A DNA stretch of 63,397 nucleotides, counting the filler, from Octopus bimaculoides (Eukaryota): NCBI RefSeq assembly GCF_001194135.2. It is 5 parts of 5 records of this genome, joined end to end, with 100 filler letters (N's around TTAATTAATTAA, not from the genome) between each part and the next. Parts side by side here need not be neighbours in the genome. Positions count along the whole stretch, not along the records: positions 1 to 12,647 come from NW_026435041.1; positions 12,748 to 20,509 come from NC_068983.1; positions 20,610 to 24,703 come from NC_068990.1; 2 more parts are not named here. The stretch is one strand, 5' to 3'. A program made the position numbers and the translations under genes. The notes beneath the pieces were generated by a model, which saw only the letters and a list, made by a program, of their open reading frames with translations, searched no databases and had not been told where the DNA came from. Positions 11,270-22,231 of this stretch are shown here, in pieces. How positions within the stretch are numbered: position 1 is the stretch's first letter; each line of letters opens with the position of its first letter.

Positions 11270-11484
11270 TCTTATTTCTTTATTGCCCACAAGGGGGCTA
11301 AACATAGAAGGAACAAACAAGGACAGACAAAGGGATTAAGTCGATTACATCGACCCCAGTGCATAACTGGTACTTAATTTATCGACCCCGAAAGGATAAA
11401 AGGCAAAGTCGACCTCGGCAGAATTTGAACTCAGAACATAGTGACAGGCGAAATATCGCTAAGCATTTTGCCCAGCGTGCTAAC
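11270..11484 (-). mobile_element. SINE-B (tail type 1, ending CCCTTGTGGGCAATAAAGAAATAAG)
   Basis: Homologous to 15856-16075 through the TAATCGACT block. Confidence 0.85.
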
Positions 11485-12058
11485 NNNNNNNNNNNNNNNN
11501 NNNNNNNNNNNNNNNNNNNNNNNNNNNNNNNNNNNNNNNNNNNNNNNNNNNNNNNNNNNNNNNNNNNNNNNNNNNNNNNNNNNNNNNNNNNNNNNNNNNN
11601 NNNNNNNNNNNNNNNNNNNNNNNNNNNNNNNNNNNNNNNNNNNNNNNNNNNNNNNNNNNNNNNNNNNNNNNNNNNNNNNNNNNNNNNNNNNNNNNNNNNN
11701 NNNNNNNNNNNNNNNNNNNNNNNNNNNNNNNNNNNNNNNNNNNNNNNNNNNNNNNNNNNNNNNNNNNNNNNNNNNNNNNNNNNNNNNNNNNNNNNNNNNN
11801 NNNNNNNNNNNNNNNNNNNNNNNNNNNNNNNNNNNNNNNNNNNNNNNNNNNNNNNNNNNNNNNNNNNNNNNNNNNNNNNNNNNNNNNNNNNNNNNNNNNN
11901 NNNNNNNNNNNNNNNNNNNNNNNNNNNNNNNNNNNNNNNNNNNNNNNNNNNNNNNNNNNNNNNNNNNNNNNNNNNNNNNNNNNNNNNNNNNNNNNNNNNN
12001 NNNNNNNNNNNNNNNNNNNNNNNNNNNNNNNNNNNNNNNNNNNNNNNNNNNNNNNNNN

Positions 12059-12206
12059 CCCCAGTGCATAACTGGTACTTAATTTATCGACCCCGAAAGG
12101 ATAAAAGGCAAAGTCGACCTCGGCGGAATTTGAACTCAGAACGTAAAAACAGACGAAATACCGCTAGGTATTTCGCCCGGCGTGCTAACGGTTCTGCCAG
12201 CTTGCC
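12059..12206 (-). mobile_element. SINE-B head and body
   Basis: GGCAAGCTGGCAGAACCGTTAGCACG head; matches 15856-16020. Confidence 0.85.
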
Positions 12207-12211
12207 CCTGT

Positions 12212-12345
12212 AATTAGTGTCCCCTTTACCTTTGTATCAGTTGGCCATGATGCTGCAACACCAGTCATTGGGTATGACTCCCTCATGGACAACCTGGTTA
12301 ACTATACAGGTGGCTATACAGGTGGCTAAACAGGTAGATGGACAA
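12212..12345 (-). mobile_element. Second RTE RT fragment overlapping the same region as 10880-10980
   Basis: CCAGTCATTGGGTATGACTCCC..TATACAGGTG shared with 10920-10975. Confidence 0.7.
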
Positions 12346-13032
12346 TTCCTCGACAGAGTTGGCCGACAGACAACTTACAGACAGGACAATTGTTTGGCAT
12401 GGTGNNNNNNNNNNGGCTTGGTGTGTTTTTTTTTTTTGCATCTGATCAACTAGACCCCTTCCTCTCTCTTGTTCAATCTTTCCATCCTGTCCTCGAATTC
12501 TCCTGCACCATTTCCAACACACCTGTTAGCAAATTAGGTCAATGGGTTCCTCACAAACCTTCCCAGTCTAATTGCTTGCAGAGAGGGAATGTGTGCTCTT
12601 CTTTGCTGTGACGTCTTATGAATGAACCTTTTTTTTTGGGGGGGGGGNNNNNNNNNNNNNNNNNNNNNNNNNNNNNNNNNNNNNNNNNNNNTTAATTAAT
12701 TAANNNNNNNNNNNNNNNNNNNNNNNNNNNNNNNNNNNNNNNNNNNNCCGTCATTCTGTAGTATCTTGTCTCACCTTCACCGGCTTCGTATATATTATCT
12801 ATTTATTTATTTATCACCATCGTCGTTTGTTATAAACTTTTGTCTCTTTAAAATCCTGTCTTGGAAATAAAAATGTGTAAACGAAAAAGATGAGAAAAGA
12901 AACGTCTTCCAGTTTGAATTCATAAAACTTATATGTACGCGCGCGCGTGCGTGTATGTGTGTGTGCGCGTGTGTGCATTCGTATATACACGCACATACAT
13001 ACAAATACACATTGTCACACGCATATGCATGA

Positions 13033-13078
<46 letters not shown>

Positions 13079-13194
13079 GTTGGGGAGATCGATTGATAGA
13101 TTCCCGTGTGTGATTGCGTGTGCGCGCAAAAGTAAGATAATGTATCAAGCGCACACATACAAATATATAATTTTTATGTATGTATGTATGTGTA

Positions 13195-13481
13195 GGCGCA
13201 TGGCTTACTGGTTAGGGTGATGCACTCGCGATTGCAAAATCGTGGGTTCGACTCCCAGACCGGGCGTTGCGCTGTTTTCTTGAGCAAAGCACTTCGTCTC
13301 ACGTTGCTCTGCGATCATTTCGTCATTTGACAGGTGGAACACGGTGCACCTGTACAGGTAATGTCAATTTGGTGGAGGGAGTGAGCTTATGTGGACACAA
13401 CCATTTAATCATTATGAATAAATCATGTGTGTGGTTTGCTCGGCAAGAAATTGCCGATCCTTCATACGTCGTCAAACGACG
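13195..13481 (+). mobile_element. tRNA-derived SINE with SINE-D-like head and a distinct 3' part
   Basis: GGCGCATGGCTTACTGGTTAGGG A box, GGTTCGACTCC B box, TTCTTGAGCAAAGCACTT block. Confidence 0.75.
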
Positions 13482-13502
13482 AAAGAATCCGTGATGTATG
13501 CA

Positions 13503-13598
13503 TTTCGTTTTTGTATTTGGTTTGCAAAGATTATGTGAATTCGTGTGTTGAAGAATATTTTATTATGTCTGGGGAGAGTCTTATTATTTTCGTCCTAT
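13503..13598 (+). repeat. Second copy of the 8938-9038 repeat
   Basis: Manual alignment, roughly 80% identity. Confidence 0.75.
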
Positions 13599-13599
13599 G

Positions 13600-14030
13600 C
13601 CAGTGTCGCATAACCAGCCCATTTAAAAAGAACCTTGAATTATCGGGCGACACGCCGTACTTGAGGAGACTCTATTGAGTTAAGTAAAATCAAAATCAAA
13701 AATCAAATCATAATCAAATGGAAATTGTAGTTGTGGCCGATGCTAGTGCCACCTGACTGGCTCCTGTGTCGGTGGCACGCAAAAAGCACCATCCGAACGT
13801 GGTCGATGCCACCACCGCCCCGACTGGCTTCCGTGCCTGTGACACGTAAAAAGCACCATTACACTCTCGGAGCGGTTGGCGTTAGGAAGGGCATCCAGTT
13901 GTAGAAACACTACCAGATCCGATTGGAGCCTGGTGCGGCCTCCTGGCTTGCCAGTCCCCAGTCAAACCGTCCAACCCATGCCAGCATGTAAAGCGGACGT
14001 TAAACGATGATGATGATGATGATGATGATG
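13600..14030 (+). mobile_element. SINE-C / RTE-type 3' end with internal ~60-bp tandem units and (GAT)n tail
   Basis: Repeated GACTGGCT..GTG..GTG.CACG.AAAAAGCACCAT units; GGCGTTAGGAAGGGCATCCAG; AACCCATGCCAGCATG; (GAT)n tail; 5' boundary approximate. Confidence 0.75.
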
Positions 14031-14537
14031 TTGACGACTATTGAAAAGGTTGCAAGACGCATCGAAAAGTTTAGAAAACCTAAATAAGTAAATGAGTGGA
14101 AATGGAACCGGTGTGTGTGTTAAATAATAAGGCACTAAAAGGGAACTTTGAGAACAGGAAGGAAATGTTATAGCCCCAGGGTTAGTCGTCGGATATGGCA
14201 CGTAGAGAAGTAGTAATGGGAGTGGTGGTGGAAGGAATGACAGTGAACGTGGAGGTGGTGGTTGATGGTGGTGAAGATGATGATGATGATTGATGAGGTG
14301 AAGGAGGAGGAAGTTTTATTTTATTTATTTATTTATTTATTTTGTTTGTTTGGCTTTTGCTTCTCATCCTTTTCCTTACTCTCTAATTAATGTCTTGTTC
14401 GTCCTTGGTTCTGAAAAATCGTCGCATATAAGGATTGGGCCGAAAATAGTGCGTCTATTGCGATATAAAATGCTATGCAACATATTAGATAAACACAACC
14501 ACACATACACACACTTGTGGGTGATAGAACGAAGACA

Positions 14538-14700
14538 GTACCCAAAATCTAATCAGTTCGTGCCCAGTCACGAGGCCAAACATCTCTGAAAGTTTCATCC
14601 GAATCCATTCAGCGGTTCTTGAGATATTTTGTGCATGAACAAACAAACACACAAACACGACTGAAAACAATACCTCTGCCTTCGCTGAGGCGGAGGTAAC
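14538..14700 (+). mobile_element. Non-autonomous Helentron-associated (HINE/DINE-1-like) element end
   Basis: (ACAA)n tract then terminal hairpin ACCTCTGCCT-tcgctg-AGGCGGAGGT (14672-14697); this layout is typical of HINEs. Confidence 0.55.
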
Positions 14701-15403
14701 AAACTAGAAACAAAATGTGTATCCCAATTAATAAATTCATTATCTTCTGCTACATATTATTGTAACTGGCTGCCGAATGCCAATGCTAAATAGGGAAAGC
14801 AGTATTTAGATGTGCCAACTCCAATGATATAAAAGTCTTTTTATTTCAAATGTTGTTTATGAGCGACAAAAACTGTTTTGGTATGAGACAAAGAAATTAA
14901 ACCAAAATAAGAATAATAATTTCAGAAATTTGTAAAGAAACAGGATGAATAATTTGAAAAAAACAAAAACAAAAAAAAAGTAGGGGTAATCAACAGACGA
15001 AAACTTAACGGATTATCAAACGCATTTTATAGTCTGGACACAACTGGATTTTCGAGGTATTACAGTTAATTAAAAGTCCAGACATTTTAGTTATTGTCTA
15101 TTGCAAGCCATTGGCACTAAGCCTTAAAGCATGGAATACCAAGTTATTTTGAATTTGAATAGAAAATGCCAGTACAATATCTCTAACACTTATAAACATT
15201 AATTAAAACAAAAGCAAATAAATAAATACAGATAAATGCTTGTATAGCAACGGGTGACAGCTTATCGGTATAACTGTTCTGTTCGCTGTTGTATTGTTGT
15301 TTCTAGTTAAAATATATGGTAAATTCTAATTAGGAACTCGTCTCACGTATTCTTTCAAAACAGGAAACACTAACTTTAAAACGCTATTGTCATCAAACCG
15401 TCG

Positions 15404-15792
15404 TGGCATTCCGTCGGTTACGACGACGAGGGTTCCAGTTGATTCGACCAACGGAACAACCAACTCGTGAAGTTAACGTGCAAGTGACTGAGCAATCAAT
15501 CCAGACACGTGTACCCTTAACGTAGTCCTCGAGAGAGAGATTCAGCGTGACACAGAGTATGACAAGACTGGCCCCCTTTGAAATACAGGTACAACAGAAG
15601 CAGGAAGAAAGTGTGAGAGGAAGTTGTGGTGCAAGAGTACAGCAGGGTTCGTCACGAACCCTCTGCCGGAGCCTCGTGGAGCTTTAGGTGTTTTTGCTCA
15701 ATACACACTCAGAACGCCCGGTCTGGGAATCGCAACCGCGATCCTACGACCGTGAGTCCGCTGCCCTAACCACTGAGCCATTGCGCTTCCAC
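15404..15792 (-). mobile_element. SINE-D (head type 2), full length
   Basis: tRNA-like head GTGGAAGCGCAATGGCTCAGTGGTTAGGG; tail shared with 4450-4631. Confidence 0.9.
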
Positions 15793-15855
15793 ATGTCATC
15801 AAATAAAAGACAAGGAACACACGACGCTATTCACTCAATATTATCTTGAATATAA

Positions 15856-16075
15856 GGCGGCGAGCAGGCAGAAACGTTAGCACGCCGGGCGAAATGCTTA
15901 GCGGTATATCGTCTGTCTTTACGTTCTGAGTTCAAATTCCACCGAGGTCGAATTTGCCTTTCATCCTTTCAGGGGTTGATAAATTAAGTATCAGTTGCGT
16001 ACTGGGATCGATCTAATCGACTGGCCCCCTCCCCAAAATTTTCGGGCCTTGTGCCCAGTGTAGAAAAGAATATTA
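15856..16075 (+). mobile_element. SINE-B (tail type 2), full length
   Basis: GGCGGCGAGCAGGCAGAAACGTTAGC head, GAGTTCAAATTCC B box, GGCCCCCTCCCCAAAATTTTCGGGCCTTGTG tail. Confidence 0.9.
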
Positions 16076-16083
16076 TCGGTTAT

Positions 16084-16300
16084 CTTTTACTCTTTTACTG
16101 TTTCACTTATTTGACTGCGGTCATGCTGGGGCACCGTCTTCATGAATTTTCACTCGAAGGAATCGGCCCCAGCAATTACTTTTTCTTTTGAGGCCTGCGC
16201 TTATTCGATTGGTGTCTTTTTGCCGAACAGCTAAGTTACTGGGATGTAAACAAATTATCACTGGTTGTCGAGCAGTGTAGTGGGGGACAAACAGACACAC
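16084..16300 (-). mobile_element. SINE-A 3' half, diverged
   Basis: Homology to 740-942. Confidence 0.75.
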
Positions 16301-17507
16301 GAGTAAATACGGTAATATACGTGTGTGTGTGTATATGCGTGTGTGTATGTATGCATGCATGTATATGTGTATATATGTATGCATGTATGTACGTATGCAT
16401 GTATGTGTATGTATGTACGTATATATGTATGCATGTCATTGTTCAGGTTTATTTCAAGATGTCTTGCCAATAGAGAAAGAGCCGGTTTCTAACCTAGTTT
16501 CAAGGCTCCTTCATTGAAATTTCAACACAAACAACAAGGTATTTTTGTTTGTATGTATACATGCAGTTTTGTATGTTTTGTTTTATATATGTATGTATGT
16601 ATAAATCACTTGATTTTCTAAGAAATTTAATTCATGAACGTAGAGTATTCTTAAATACATTGTAAGTGAAAGGGCCGTAATTCTTTTACTCCGTGGAACA
16701 TGTTTCCGATTATTCGGGTGCTAATCCAAGCCAGTTTTTCGTTCTTTGAAATATCTGTCGTTTGAATACATTTTGAAATACTGTACGAAATTTATGAAGA
16801 AGAAGAAGAAGAAGAAGGAGAGAGAGACAGACAGACAGACAGTCAGAGAGATCCATACTAAGACGTACGTACACACACACACTCAAAACAAACGTTGTTC
16901 TTGGTTTTTAAAAGACGATTTAGCTTAGCAAAAGCCTTGCCGTGAGTCTTTTCATTTCTAAACGGAAAAATTTCAGCATAAATGCACAGTGATGTATGAA
17001 TAGACGTCGTTTTTCCACAAAACGCAGCGGATAAAGACGGTTTTATTCCTCTATCATAACAAAGCTTAATTTATAACTACGAAACGACATCTGTTAGACG
17101 AGAACAAACAGAGGAGAATCTGAAGGAATATCTTAGCCGTCAAAGGTTTTATAAATATGAAAGACGCCGATTCTGTGTTGTAGGTAATAAGCAATGTACG
17201 ATGGATGTAATAAAATGGGAAACTTATGTAAGAATGTGTTGCAGTGAGGAAAATGCGATCAAGTTGATATTAATTGGAACGAGTCGAAAAAGGAACGGTA
17301 ATGGGGATAGGGAAGAGGAGAGAGATGAGAGGCGGAGGAAATATTTCATGGGATATGCGTTGATCGTGTCTGCATAACACACACACGCACACACACACAC
17401 ACACACACATGCGCGCGCATACGTATATACATGCACATAAATATATTTACATATATGCATGTATATATACGTATATGCATACATATTAAACATACATGCA
17501 TGTATAC

Positions 17508-17539
<32 letters not shown>

Positions 17540-17627
17540 ATGTGTGTGTGTATACATGCAGATTTTTATATGTAAATGGGAACATACGAATACGTACATA
17601 TATAGCATACACGCGTATATATGTACG

Positions 17628-17690
<63 letters not shown>

Positions 17691-17742
17691 ACACACACAC
17701 ACACATACATGCGGTTATCTGTCTATCTATACACGCGCACAT

Positions 17743-17775
<33 letters not shown>

Positions 17776-17856
17776 CATACACACACACATACATACATAC
17801 ATCACTCGATGAAGACTTACAAAGCATAGATCAAAGACAGGAATTTCTCGAAGATT

Positions 17857-17903
<47 letters not shown>

Positions 17904-18079
17904 AAGAGATAACAATATCTCATTTTCAAAGATATTCTTATTCTTCAAGATGCAGTCCAAAGCTCTGAAACTACCAAAAGACTGCTTAGTGCATAATGAC
18001 AAAATTGATTCTAATACAAATAGCCAATGCAGATTTCGTAAAAAAAAATCGTAATACGGAACACATTAGTCCATGGTGA

Positions 18080-18400
18080 AGTGAACCGTGGGAGAATGTC
18101 ATCAAACATTACCTTCTAACAAGATATGGTGGCATCAACGTAGAAACAACCTGGAGTGCAATAGGAAACTGTAAAAGATCTCAGACTGGGAATAACAGAA
18201 TTGTTTCATTGAAACCGATGAACCTCAAGAGAGATGGAAGATAAAGAACCTAAAAATATAGTCCTGCAAAATGAAGTGAAAGCTAACCGAACTGACATTG
18301 TTACTTGGGACCGTGAATATGATGCTGTGCTTCCTGACGTTGGCATTAGTTGGTCACTTGAGGTCAATATTGTGAAGAAAAGTGATAGAATAAGATGGTT
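18080..18400 (+). pseudogene. Highly decayed R4/NeSL-type restriction-like endonuclease region
   Basis: ENVIKHYLLTRYGGINVETTW and EVKANRTDIVTWDREYDAVLPDVGI parallel IHWKLCQHYG and EIKANRPDIVVKD at 28350-28560; frameshifted. Confidence 0.55.
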
Positions 18401-18772
18401 TATTTATGGAATACCCCAGCAAATGAATTTTATGGAACGAAATGAATACAAGAATATCTTACGACATATACATACATACGTACATACATATGTACATACA
18501 TACGTACATGCATATATATATATGCGTGTGTATATAATATTGTATACATATAAATATTTATATATACTACACGCACACACATTTATATATACATATATTA
18601 CCTACACAAACCCATACACAATACACACAAACGCGTATGCGTATATGTTGGTATGTATGTACACACAAATCGTTAATGTGATATATGTGTATACATATTT
18701 ATATGCATACATAATTTTATTCCTGTATGCGAGTGTAAAAATGTGTATTTATGGACGGACCTATGAACACAC

Positions 18773-18813
<41 letters not shown>

Positions 18814-19494
18814 AAGTAACCGGTATATTTGCGTCATATAACGTACACGAGTTTCAGAAAGCAGGCCACCTTTGATTACATAAGCCTGGAGGTTCTATTA
18901 AGCAACCTAGCGCAGCCGGCACACCTCGACAGCATTATTGGTAAACACACACACACACACACACACACGTGTGTGTATGTGTGTTCGGATGCGTGCATGT
19001 ATTCGTCTGTTTATGTATGCACATCCAAACGGAGAGCTATAATTGCAAATGCTGTAAATCCGGTCAATACGTGTGTGTTTATATGGGTAAATCAGAAATG
19101 CTCAATACTATAGAGTACAAGAAATAAATTTCGAGACTGCTGAGTCGACGAGTCTGCTTCAATTCCAAATTGAACGTATTTCTAATTCTTTCTCAGAATT
19201 AATTCATCACTGGAAATTCGATGTTTAGCAAAATAGGACCGCGTGTTTTACGCAAAAGGTTAATGTTGTTTACATACATGTACATTTATAAATACTACAC
19301 ACATATTTACATATGGTGTGTATGTATGTATACACTCAAAACCAATACCACCCGAGGGGCTCCTCATCGAGCAGGTTTAAGATTCATGATTACTTGTCCA
19401 TGACTATCACTTCTGTTTGATTTCAGATATAGTAATGCTACATTTCCTAATGCCGGGCAAGTGACTCGATCTAAGACTGTTTTTTCTTTTACCC

Positions 19495-20000
19495 CATTAG
19501 ACTGCGATCAGTCGAATGAATCGAGACCAATACTTATTCTTTAGCCGAACCACTAAGTTACAGGGACGTAAAAACACCAACACCGGTGGCGGGGGACAGA
19601 AACAAAGACACGCACACACACACGTATCTATATCTAAATATATATTCTTTTACTCGACCCCAGGACTTATTCTTTGTAAGCTTAGTATTTATTTTATCGG
19701 CCTTTTTTACTAGGATGTAAAGACACCAACATCGGTTGTCAAGCGATTGTGGGGGGACAAACAGACACATAAACATATACATATATGTACGACAGGCTTC
19801 TTTCAGTTTCCGTCTACCACATCCACTCACAAGTGGGACTATATACATACATATATATATATACGTATGTATATGCGACGGGCTTCTTTCAATGTTCGTC
19901 TACCAAATGCACTCGCCAGGTGCCTGCCACGCTGTGGGACTGAACTCAAAACCACGTGGTTGGGAAGCAAGCTTCTTACCACAAAACCACGTTTGCACCC
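19495..20000 (-). mobile_element. Cluster of three fragmented SINE-A pieces
   Basis: Repeated SINE-A 3' blocks (19495-19620, 19650-19835) and a head (19875-20000). Confidence 0.75.
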
Positions 20001-20453
20001 TATCTGTATGGAAGTACAGATATATGGCATATCGTCCTCTCGGGGGAATTGGTACATACACGGAATGCATCGCCAGGGTCGAAATACCTTTTTCTTCCGT
20101 CTACACACACACACTTGAAGAGAGACAGACAGAGATATAACATATTTATTTGTCTACATACCGCTGTATTTGTCTATCTGTTTCTCCTATCTACCCAGAC
20201 GTCTCCGCTATCTGTTTATCAGTCACTTCTCTGTGTGTGTCTCAAGAGTGCTGTACTTCTCTGTAATAGTGTCGCAGGTTTCAAGTTAATTTCATCTCAT
20301 CTTATTTTATTTCATTTCATTTCGCTCCATTTTATTTTCTAATTTCCATAAGTACTTGTGCCGAGCGCCCAACTTCCATCTTATCTACCGGGAAGCGAAG
20401 ATAAATATGAAAAAGAAGTCCTTAAGTTAATCCAGCGCATGGGTGGTGCCTCC

Positions 20454-20509
<56 letters not shown>

Positions 20510-20639
20510 NNNNNNNNNNNNNNNNNNNNNNNNNNNNNNNNNNNNNNNNNNNNTTAATTAATTAANNNNNNNNNNNNNNNNNNNNNNNNNNNNNNNNNNN
20601 NNNNNNNNNCTTCTTCTTCTTCTTCTTCTTCTTCTTCTT

Positions 20640-20859
20640 CTTCTTCTTCGTATTTGTTAGGTAGATTGATTTCTTGTTTGTATTTGTCAGCTTCTTTAAA
20701 TACTGAAAACAGTTTTTTGTTTTGCTCGTGTTTTGTGGCTATTTGTATTAATTTTCCTTGCTGCTGAAGTAGGTATTTTTGCAGTCCTTTGGTGGATATT
20801 TTATAATAGTTTTCCAGCTGTATAAGACCCCTGCCACCTTCTATACGTTGTATATATAG
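20640..20859 (-). mobile_element. R4/Dong-clade LINE fragment (post-RT), continuation of 21772-22130
   Basis: YIQRIEGGRGLIQLENYYK..KHEQNKKLFSVFKEADKYKQEINLPNKYEEE; homologous to 22235-22440. Confidence 0.85.
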
Positions 20860-21771
20860 CTGGCATTCCTGGACGTATTAATAACACGCACCGAGTATGG
20901 ATTCAGGACATCCGTATATCGCAAGCCAACCTTCACTGGACGATACCTTAATTTCAATTCCCACCATCCATACTGTGTAAAGAGAGGAATTGCTCAGTGC
21001 CCAAAACACCGAGCAAAGAATATAAGTAGCGATCGTGATACCCACCACGAGGAAATGATCAAGCTCAGTAACAATCTATTAAGAAACAACTACCCCAAGA
21101 ACATACTATCTACTCCAATTATGAAGAAAAGAGAGGATGAAACCAATAAACTGTCTACAGTCTGTCTACCCTATGTGAAAGGCCTCTCCGAAAAGATACA
21201 AAAGATATGCGGCCCATATGACATCAGGGCAGTATTCAAGAGCAATACAACACTTCGCAAATATCTCCTTCGGGTAAAACCACCAACAGAAGAGAATATG
21301 ACCAAAAANNNNNNNNNNNNNNNNNNNNNNNNNNNNNNNNNNNNNNNNNNNNNNNNNNNNNNNNNNNNNNNNNNNNNNNNNNNNNNNNNNNNNNNNNNNN
21401 NNNNNNNNNNNNNNNNNNNNNNNNNNNNNNNNNNNNNNNNNNNNNNNNNNNNNNNNNNNNNNNNNNNNNNNNNNNNNNNNNNNNNNNNNNNNNNNNNNNN
21501 NNNNNNNNNNNNNNNNNNNNNNNNNNNNNNNNNNNNNNNNNNNNNNNNNNNNNNNNNNNNNNNNNNNNNNNNNNNNNNNNNNNNNNNNNNNNNNNNNNNN
21601 NNNNNNNNNNNNNNNNNNNNNNNNNNNNNNNNNNNNNNNNNNNNNNNNNNNNNNNNNNNNNNNNNNNNNNNNNNNNNNNNNNNNNNNNNNNNNNNNNNNN
21701 NNNNNNNNNNNNNNNNNNNNNNNNNNNNNNNNNNNNNGAGGACAAATATCCGTCGAATGTAAATAATGTAA
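20860..21771 (+). mobile_element. Penelope-like element: RT C-terminus and linker, 429-nt gap, then 3' repeat
   Basis: Stop-free LAFLDVLITRTEYGFRTSVYRKPTFTGRYLNFNSHHP..LPYVKGLSEKI (PLE RT/thumb signature); 21738-21771 matches the hammerhead-bearing repeat at 33116-33149. Confidence 0.88.
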
Positions 21772-22130
21772 TTTTCCTCTTTTCAGGGTTGCTTTGGCAC
21801 ATTTTTCTAATCCGAATTTCATATCTATTTCCTTGGTAAAGCCGTGTACTGTCTGTAGTAGTGTTTCTAGCTCTTTGTCATTTTTTGCATATAATTTTAA
21901 GTTATCCATATATAAAAGGTGGCTGACTGTTTTTCCGTAGCATTTGTAACCGCATCCACTTCTATTTAGCAATTCAGTTAAAGGCGTGAGTTGCAGGCAG
22001 AACAGGAATGGAGATAGCGTGTCTCCCTGGAATATTCCTCTTCTAATGGGGATGGCTTTCGTTTTCACAAGTCCCTCTTTTGTTTGGAGCTGTATCACTG
22101 TCTGCCATTTATTCATAGAGGGTCTTATGT
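21772..22130 (-). mobile_element. R4/Dong-clade LINE RT core fragment
   Basis: RRGIFQGDTLSPFLFCL, HLLYMDNLKLY, MKFGLEKCAK. Confidence 0.9.
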
Positions 22131-22183
<53 letters not shown>

Positions 22184-22231
22184 TATTATTATTATTATTA
22201 TAATTATTGTTATTATTATTATTACTATTAT

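Noticed and set aside
12648-12747. TTAATTAATTAA inside N runs (also 20554-20565, 24748-24759, 38161-38172)
   Set aside because: At the sites counted it is 44 N + 12 nt + 44 N = 100 bp, and it has stops in all six frames; an assembly spacer, not biology
18234-18875. 213-aa ORF with an FN3-like look
   Set aside because: The unique part aligns better with the R4 endonuclease motif KANRPDIV; the rest is microsatellite
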